A DNA stretch of 64,000 nucleotides from Chrysomallon squamiferum (lineage: Eukaryota; Animalia; Mollusca). Shown one piece after another: positions 56,029 to 64,000 of the stretch; position 1 is the first letter of the stretch, and the number at the start of each line of letters is the position of its first letter. The notes under the pieces were generated by a model. That model did no database searches and was not told where the DNA came from. It worked only from the letters and a program-made list of their open reading frames with translations. A program made the position numbers and the translations under genes. The stretch lies in the NCBI GenBank assembly GCA_012295275.1, contig CM022672.1:25916001-25980000 (forward strand), written 5' to 3'.

Positions 56029-56229
56029 CAATTAAAAATACGTAAACAACTAACAGCCACTTAATTAATAAAAATCATGTGAAAGTAATTTAACGCTAAA
56101 CTTTAAAAAAAAAAATGATGATAAACATTACGTGTTTTTCTGTGATAAATCATAACACTACTTTATCAGCATCAGCGTGTAAATCACAAGAAAATATTTT
56201 TTCTTTTATCTTTTAAAATAAAATAAGAG

Positions 56230-56960
56230 AATTCTCGACGAGTTTTCCGCTTGTCGATGCGTGATAAGGGGAACTCTTGTGTTATCGAAACTCCGTAAGT
56301 TCGGTAACAGCCGCGAGCTGCTGCTTCACGATAAAAGAAAGGGCGGGTCTTCAGACGTAGGTTTATAAATATGACAGGCGTAGGAAGAGCAAACACGAGT
56401 CGACCACGCCTTCTACAGAAACTCGCCGCGACAATGATTGGCTGTCAGAGTCGTGTCGTTAACCATCCTGGTGACAAAACACGTCAAGTTATTGTCGGAA
56501 AAATAAATATTAATCAGCAAAGTTGCCAATGAAATGTACGAAATCGTTCACGTAGGAACGACGCCGATCATTTGACGGAGATAGCCGAGACACGGTGACC
56601 ATTATGCGGTGACAGCCGATTGGACCTTATGGTCAGTTTGATATCGTTAATGATGGTTTCTATTGGATCATTACTTTATTGAAAAACGGGCTATAATTTC
56701 TATTGGATACTTCTTCCAGAAAACAAACAATAATAGAGAGACAACTGAATACATCGTCACATAAACGAAGTACAGCTATTGTGTATTTATTATGACACTT
56801 ATTTTCACAACAGAAGGTACAGTCATCACATGACATTCAAAAAGAATGTGTCGTCAGATACGTTTCTGGTAATTAAATAATTACTGACTGTTATTAATTC
56901 GTCGAAGGAAGGTGTTGAAATTCTACATTCATATTAACCTCTGTTGTTTGGGAAGTAGTT
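56230..56960 (+). promoter_or_regulatory. Hex proximal promoter / 5' UTR: CpG-rich with five CCAAT boxes
   Basis: ATTGG or CCAAT at 56437, 56526, 56619, 56662 and 56702. GC box GGGCGG at 56341. High CpG density immediately upstream of the ATG. Confidence 0.6.
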
Positions 56961-56964
56961 GCAG

Positions 56965-57490
56965 ATGGCAGCTGACATTATGCAGTCTCTTCCTCTGCAT
57001 TACCCAGTGTCTGGACTTACCCCTCACAACCAGGGCGTCAACCCTGTGCTACAAGGAATGCACCCAGACAGTCTTAGTGCGGGACTGCACGGACTCTACC
57101 ATAGTCTACAGGCAGCCAAAGATGCCACGATCCAAAGAAGAACACAAAATTCTGGACAGACATCTTTCGGAATAGATGACATTCTGGGCAACTCGAGACC
57201 TAGTGCAAGTGGATGTAACACCAGCCCAGCAAAACCAACCCCAATCAGTCCCTTGGCCTTACACTCGGGCCCGATAGCCTCGTTTCCATCCAGCCAGGGA
57301 CAGACACTCAGCCCCCTGACTCACCCCTTTTCTCCGTCCGTCTATAAACCCGTGGCTGTTTACGATCCGACTTTGATTCCGGCTGGATTTGTTGGTCCGC
57401 ACGCACTCCTTGGGGACGTTTACGGTGTTTCGGCGTACCAGCGAGCAGAATTATCTTTCTTGGACGGCAGACATCATGCTTTCAGCAAAG
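56965..57490 (+). CDS. HHEX: First coding exon of a Hex/PRH-like (haematopoietically expressed homeobox) transcription factor gene; homeodomain exon(s) not found in the window
   Basis: ATG at 56965 (alternative ATG at 56980). Pro/Ser/His-rich N-terminus with a Groucho-binding eh1 motif TSFGIDDILG (57160-57189), compared with HHEX TPFYIEDILG. Further motifs KPTPISP, YKPVAVYDP and FLDGRHHAFSK recall invertebrate Hex proteins from memory. GC-rich coding composition ends exactly at a phase-1 donor AAG|GTAAAG (57490/57491). The family call lacks the homeodomain, so Hlx or another NKL gene is not excluded. Confidence 0.72.
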
Positions 57491-57841
57491 GTAAAGAAAT
57501 AGAAAAAAAATGGAATAATAATAAACATCTAATATAAAGAATGGATGGATGAATTTTAGGGCATTACTCATTAGAGTAAAATATAAAAATAAGATAAAAT
57601 TTGGTTTTTATTATAAACAACTTTGAGTTCAGATATTAATTTCGAAAGTGAAAGAAAACTATATGCAAAAATAAATAAATATTTAAAAAAAAAGAATAAA
57701 AATAAAAATAAGACGGTAATTATGAAAAAGGAAATAAAGATAATAATTAACAAAAATAAATTATCATTTGTCATAACAGTAATAGTTATCTGTTAATTTA
57801 AAACTATATTTCAGGATAAAGGCTGATACAAAAGAAATAAT

Positions 57842-57848
<7 letters not shown>

Positions 57849-57920
<72 letters not shown>
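57849..57920. repeat. (CT)n microsatellite in Hex intron 1
   Basis: Read directly. Confidence 0.95.
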
Positions 57921-57921
<1 letters not shown>

Positions 57922-59234
57922 GCATTATTATTTTTTTAATATTTCAATATAATTTACTGTTGTTTCTACGTGTTAAAGTATGTTACAAGTGAATATATGT
58001 CAAGTATAGTAAACAATTGCGTATTGTATTTACTAACGATAGAAGGAAATAACGAGTTATCTGAATTGTAGCATTAACTCTTATCAATTTGATACAAAAT
58101 ATGAGAGCATAATTATTATTTTTCCTCATAATTTAATATATATATCATTTTATTATATATATATATTTTTTAATGTACTTATTTTAGTATTAATTTTTAT
58201 TAAATTATTTATTGATTTACTTATTTATCTATGATAGGGTGAAATAGGGAAAAATAGAGTATTCTAAACTCTATAAAATAATTATTATTTAGTAAAATTA
58301 ATATTCACGTAAAGTAAATTAAATATTACAATGTTACTGTTATAAAAAAGTGAATATAATAATAGTTTTAAAAGTTTTATTTATTATTTATAATACTGCC
58401 TTTTCTTTTAATCGATAGGCATTAGAATAAATATAATTTTTGGATGAAGATTTAAATTGCTGTTAATAATTAATTTAATATATTTCGATTTTTCTTTTTT
58501 AAAACAAATTATTAGAGAAATGTTTAACTTAAAGCATTTTAACGTACGCATATATATTTATTTATTTAAACTTTCTGGATATATAAATATACAAATATAC
58601 ACACATATATAATTAAAGTAGAGAAACTAAACATTTAAATATAATGTAGTAATTAATATTGACACATGTAATAAAAAGATTGATTTTAAATTTCATTTTA
58701 CCACTGCTGTTAAAATAAATCCTAGATATTGAGATAATTTTTCTTTTATATGTTTTAATTTTTTTCTTTGTGATTTATAGTAATGCAGTAAATTGATCAA
58801 ACTAACAAACATTTAAAATAGAAACAAAATTCGAACACCGAAAGAAAAAAGAATCCATTAAAATAAAAACCAAAATCAACAATAATTAGAATGAAATAAA
58901 TGGAATGAATACAATAAAATAAAACAAAACAAACTGTGTATAAATGAAACAAACTGTAAAATATTTTAATTAAGAATAAACGAAAAACAAAACAAAAATT
59001 CAAAAAAAGAAGATAGGTAATTTAATTCAGTAATAAAAGCTTACAAATCAGCATTAGTATTTTGATTTCAGTTATTTCATTAATTTGTACTGCTGAAAAT
59101 TTAAAATAATAAAAATTGAAAAAATTGGAAACATGAATTTAATTTAATTTAATTTTTGTTTTATTTTATTATTTTTTCTCATCAATTTTCATTTTATTTT
59201 AAATTTAATTAATTTTGTATTATATTATATCATT

Positions 59235-59277
<43 letters not shown>

Positions 59278-59414
59278 TTCATTCACTCATTCATTCAGGG
59301 TTTTTTAACACAAAACGAAATATAAATAATTACAGGGAAAATCCATCACCATCAAGAAAATAACAAACAATAAATAAAACAAATAAAATATAAAATAAAA
59401 TAAAATAAAATAAA

Positions 59415-59482
<68 letters not shown>

Positions 59483-59682
59483 CATCATCATCATCATCAT
59501 CATTATCATCATCGTCATCATCAAAAGCATTAAAATATCATCTACATCATCATGAACCTAAACAGCACAACAACAACTGTATTTTTACACTACTACTACT
59601 GCAACTAATAATAATATTAATATAACTACAGTTCTTCTGCTGCTACTGCTCTGTTAATTCTATTACCACTACGACCAGTGAT

Positions 59683-59715
<33 letters not shown>

Positions 59716-62506
59716 AACAACAATAACAATACTACTACTAATAATAATAAAATTGCAAAGAACTGCAATAACGATATATGGCAAGCAGAAACGCGACAGT
59801 AAAGTAACTACAGACATTAACGTTTAAACGTATCTTAAACTCAATATTCTACGTAATAATTACAAATTTCTTAATATGCCGGCGATAACTTTATTTGCAG
59901 GGCAAACAAGGCTCACAAAACGCCACTTCGACTGCAATTCACCGTAACATCGACCAGCATCGGGTATTTGTAAAGCAATAAACACTAGCAATATGACGCC
60001 CTGTTTGTTATATGACTTCTAATAAATGAAACATGATTTTTTTTTTTTTCTTTCTTTCTTCTCTTATTGAAATCCATTTGGCGTTCAACGACATCCGTTA
60101 AAGATAAAATATTGACAAATTTTCCGCCAAGTGGAGAATTAAACACGAAAGAAATTATTTACTTATAATTTTTTAATGGCTTTGCAATCAGTCGCCTGGG
60201 TTAATAACGGTTTTAGTGAGTAATGTACAAATACGCCACTTGGCTGTTTCAGTATTTTACAGCTTTTCGGTGAACCCAGTTTCCAGTTTCGTGGACAACT
60301 GGCCATAAACGCCTTATTACAAGTCCCCAAAAAAATTACTGTGGTTATAAAACAAATTACACTTTTAAACTGGCCAAGTGTTGCCGATTACCTCTCTTTT
60401 AATATTGACATTATTTCTCAATCCGTCACGTTGATTTACCGCCCCTTATACACACACCCCCCCTTCCTCCGTTTGCTGACCTTTTAGCTAGGTTAGTATT
60501 ATGTCGAGTATCTCCCAGTTTTGTTTATATTTCCGTTCAACACAACAATATCGCTTAACAGCGTGCTAACAACAGAGCACTAGTGTGAGAAAATATTATC
60601 CACTCTGGTTTATATTACGAGTTATCTGTTTATTAGAAAATTTATTTGCGAGAAGAAATAAGAGACCGCGTTCAGTGAATGTCGCATGTATAAAATTTCA
60701 CCTATTTGTTGTACTCGGTTTAAAAACAAGAAATAAATAAATTTTATATGATTTATTGAAGGTTTTTGATTTTCGTGAATTACAATATTTTCAGAGAGTT
60801 TTCGCTATGCGTTTTCGCTATGTATCTCATTTCGTGGATACATCGGCATCAACAAAAAAGATGAGATTTCTTTTATTATAGTTTATATTGTACAATACAC
60901 TACAGTATATTTATATAAGTTAAGTGGAGAAAATATGATGTGTCTGGAACGTACTGATTTTACAAAAATAAAAACAAAAAAAGCCATTAAAACTCATTAA
61001 TATTATTATATTACTCTAACTTCTGTTAAAATAACATTGTTTTTATTATTTAAAATATATACTGATTTCACGATGAAAACATTAACATTATTATATTTCT
61101 CAGTAGGTTATTAAAAAACATTACTCGTCATTTTCGGAAGTACATTGTTCATTACAATAAAAGTATGTATCCATATCATTAATGAATGACTTTACATTGC
61201 TTATCAAATTTTAAACAAATACGCTTATTTTTAAAACAAAGATATCTAGTTTAAAAGTGTACTGAATTATGTTTTATAAATCTAACTACTAAATGGATAG
61301 CAGAACGATATGGTTACATATTCAGAGAACAACGCGATATTCTGACAGTAGTATGAAATTTTAGGCACAATGAAGGCTTAACAAATGGTTTTTAATTTTT
61401 AGAATTTAAAACACTTACATATAATATTATATGTAGCATTATTACCAGTATCGTTTAATTTTCATAATGCATCATATTGCTCTTTCGTACCGTCTGTAGG
61501 GTGCAAAACTGAATATCACGTTATTATCATTATTTAAAAAAATATATATTTCTACTTCTTCTTTTTTTTTTAATTATTTTACATTATTTTCATTTTATTT
61601 ATTGTTGTTGCATTACTACTACTACTACTACTATCACTACCACTGCCACCACTGCTGCTGTTGTTGTTATTATTGTCATTTATTATTATCATAAATATCC
61701 GTATAACCAATAACCTGGGTTAATAACAGCTTTAATATAAATTATGATTTGTGAATAATAATAACGATGACGATGACGATGATGATGATAATAATCATAA
61801 TATATGTGTGTGTGTGTGTCTTTGTGCATGTTAAATAAATAAATAAATAAAAATATTTCATTACATTTTTTTTTTCCAGTTGATCATTATTTTACATTTT
61901 TGAAAATATTTTAAAACCGTGAACTGTATAAATATACTGTATAATATATAAATAAAAACCAAAACATTTAGGCCGACTTTTAACATACGTTTTAAATTTA
62001 AAAAACGCCTGTTTTGCACGTGCAAACATGTTATCTCTCCCGTCAGTCAAATGTAATATTTACCACTATTTGCTTGACAGCGCTGTTTATAATATCACAG
62101 AAATGAGGGCGTTGTTTTTTACATGCAAACAAATGAGACAGATTTCGTGAAACACCGAGTCTGTTATAACTGAACAAAGTGAACATTAAACTTAGAAAAG
62201 CAGCAACATTAATACTTTTTATTTATCTCAGATATTTAAACATTCAGTATATCTGTCGAACACTAACATTATCTTATACATACTATAATATTTTACTATA
62301 CATGTTAAAATCTTCATCATTATTGTCATGGCTAGCGTAATCAGTAAGAAACAGAATCATTATCCGGTTACGTCAAATGTTTAACTTTCAAAATCATTGT
62401 TGCGTGCCTTGTATTGGGTTTATAACATGTCTTTTCTGTTTTGTTTGATACCATTGTGTTTTTTTCTTCTTATGATGACGATGATGGCATAGATCATTAT
62501 AATAAT

Positions 62507-62700
62507 TTGCTTATTTATTATAATTAATTTATTATTATTTTTTTTATTATTATTATTAGTAGTAGTAGTAGAAGTAGTATTGCTGTTACAGTTGCTTATT
62601 TATTATAATTAATTTATTATTATTATTTATATTTTTATGATTATTAGTAGTAGTAGTAGTAGAAGTAGAATTGCTGTTACAATTTTAATTGTTGCTTATC
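62507..62700. repeat. Tandem duplication, about 86 bp
   Basis: ttgcttatttattataattaatttattattatt...agtagtagaagtag.attgctgttaca occurs twice. Confidence 0.85.
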
Positions 62701-63843
62701 CAAATTTAGTCTTAAAGACATTGTTTCATATTCATTCAACACTTTCTAAACTGTAGAGTATCTGACACGAAATCACGAACAAAAGAACCATACATTGTGC
62801 TGGTGCTAGAATACATACATTGTACTCAGTGTGTTAATCACAACACATCGACAGTGTTAAGAATGTTTAACATGTTAAACTGTTTTCTCAGTTCTGTCTT
62901 ACGCAGTTTAAACTAGTAAATGTTAAAGGCACGTTCATACAGCGCGATTTCAAATAACCCAACAGATTTATTTTCTGCTCGTTTGACGGTAAAAAAAAAA
63001 AGAAGAAAAAGAAAATTGTTTCTTTGTTAAAATTGTAAATTGTAATCGTATGACATTGGCGCTGTAAAGCTGTATAGGTTGATAAAAGTCTCGATAAGTA
63101 CTGTCTGATCATGTTTTTAGCAAAAAGTTAATTAATTCAAAAGAAATTCAGATAACGTAAAAGTTAAAACGTAGAAAGTATTAACTGATGAATGAAGGGA
63201 TTAAACAAATAAAGAATAGAAAACAAAAATTAAATTTTATAAAAATTAAAATTAAATAAAAATTAAATTTTAAATTAGTAAATAAATAACATTTTAGAAA
63301 ATTTCAAATGTTTTTAAATGATAATATAATTCACTATTTCTTTTTTAGAAAATGTTTTTTTTTTTTAATCTTTTAGACAGTTACTAATATTGTTGTTTCT
63401 AAACGATAAAAAAAAAAAAAAAAAAAAAAGGAAATATATCGAAGACTGCATGCATATAATGAGCTCTTGTAACAAACTATTTAACTCATGTATTGTTATG
63501 ATAAGCGGTAATACACTAAACAAAGAACCGTTACTCCCAAACACCGGAAGTAGACAATCTGTAAAATCTCGCCTGTTTCCGGCAATATTCGGAACATCCT
63601 ACTGACCGGCACTGACAGGAAGTAGTTTGAATAAGTGGATCTTATTTCTTTACAATCTCGAGAGATCTCCTGCTGGTGCTGTTGGTCCTCCAATCACGTC
63701 GGAAGCAGCCGTGCATGTTGCCTGCTGATGTCGCTGTCATAGTGGACGTCGTTGCAAGTTTCAGCACCTGACGAGGAAACTGATAAGAAAAAAAACATTT
63801 GTTTAATAATGAATCATAATTTTAAAAATGTGTAATAAATTTA

Positions 63844-63929
<86 letters not shown>

Positions 63930-64000
63930 TAATATAATAAATAAATAAATTAATGCGAGAGAGACAAAGAAAATTAGAAAAGAAAAATGATAAAGTAAAT

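Noticed and set aside
59895-59950. Acceptor tttgcag at 59900 as Hex exon 2
   Set aside because: The phase-1 reading stops after about 15 codons and has no similarity to the Hex linker or homeodomain.

Overview
AT-rich, microsatellite-dense animal genomic DNA, most likely a mollusc; the SINE fragments resemble gastropod elements from memory. It is not prokaryotic, and there is no CRISPR array. Well-supported genes: (1) an uninterrupted 540-aa U-box + RING ubiquitin ligase of the UBOX5/RNF37 type (24907-26529 +); (2) two identical tRNA-Leu(TAA) genes in a divergent inverted duplication (43078-43160 -, 44940-45022 +); (3) the first coding exon of an eh1-containing transcription factor gene, most likely the homeobox gene Hex/HHEX (56965-57490 +), whose homeodomain exons were not found in the window. 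The window splits into two domains. The left one (about 1-23 kb) is strongly CpG-depleted and carries apparent minus-strand non-coding exons. The right one (about 27-64 kb) retains CpG, surrounds Hex, and holds all the long (GA)n arrays plus several motif clusters: NK-2/FoxA/GATA and ETS/GATA in Hex intron 1, a Pbx/TALE DECA + CCAAT composite, and a multi-CCAAT promoter. Nearly all other ORFs in the track are microsatellite or antisense artefacts. I do not see a clearly new molecular system; the best leads are regulatory and epigenomic and remain inferences from motif reading by eye.
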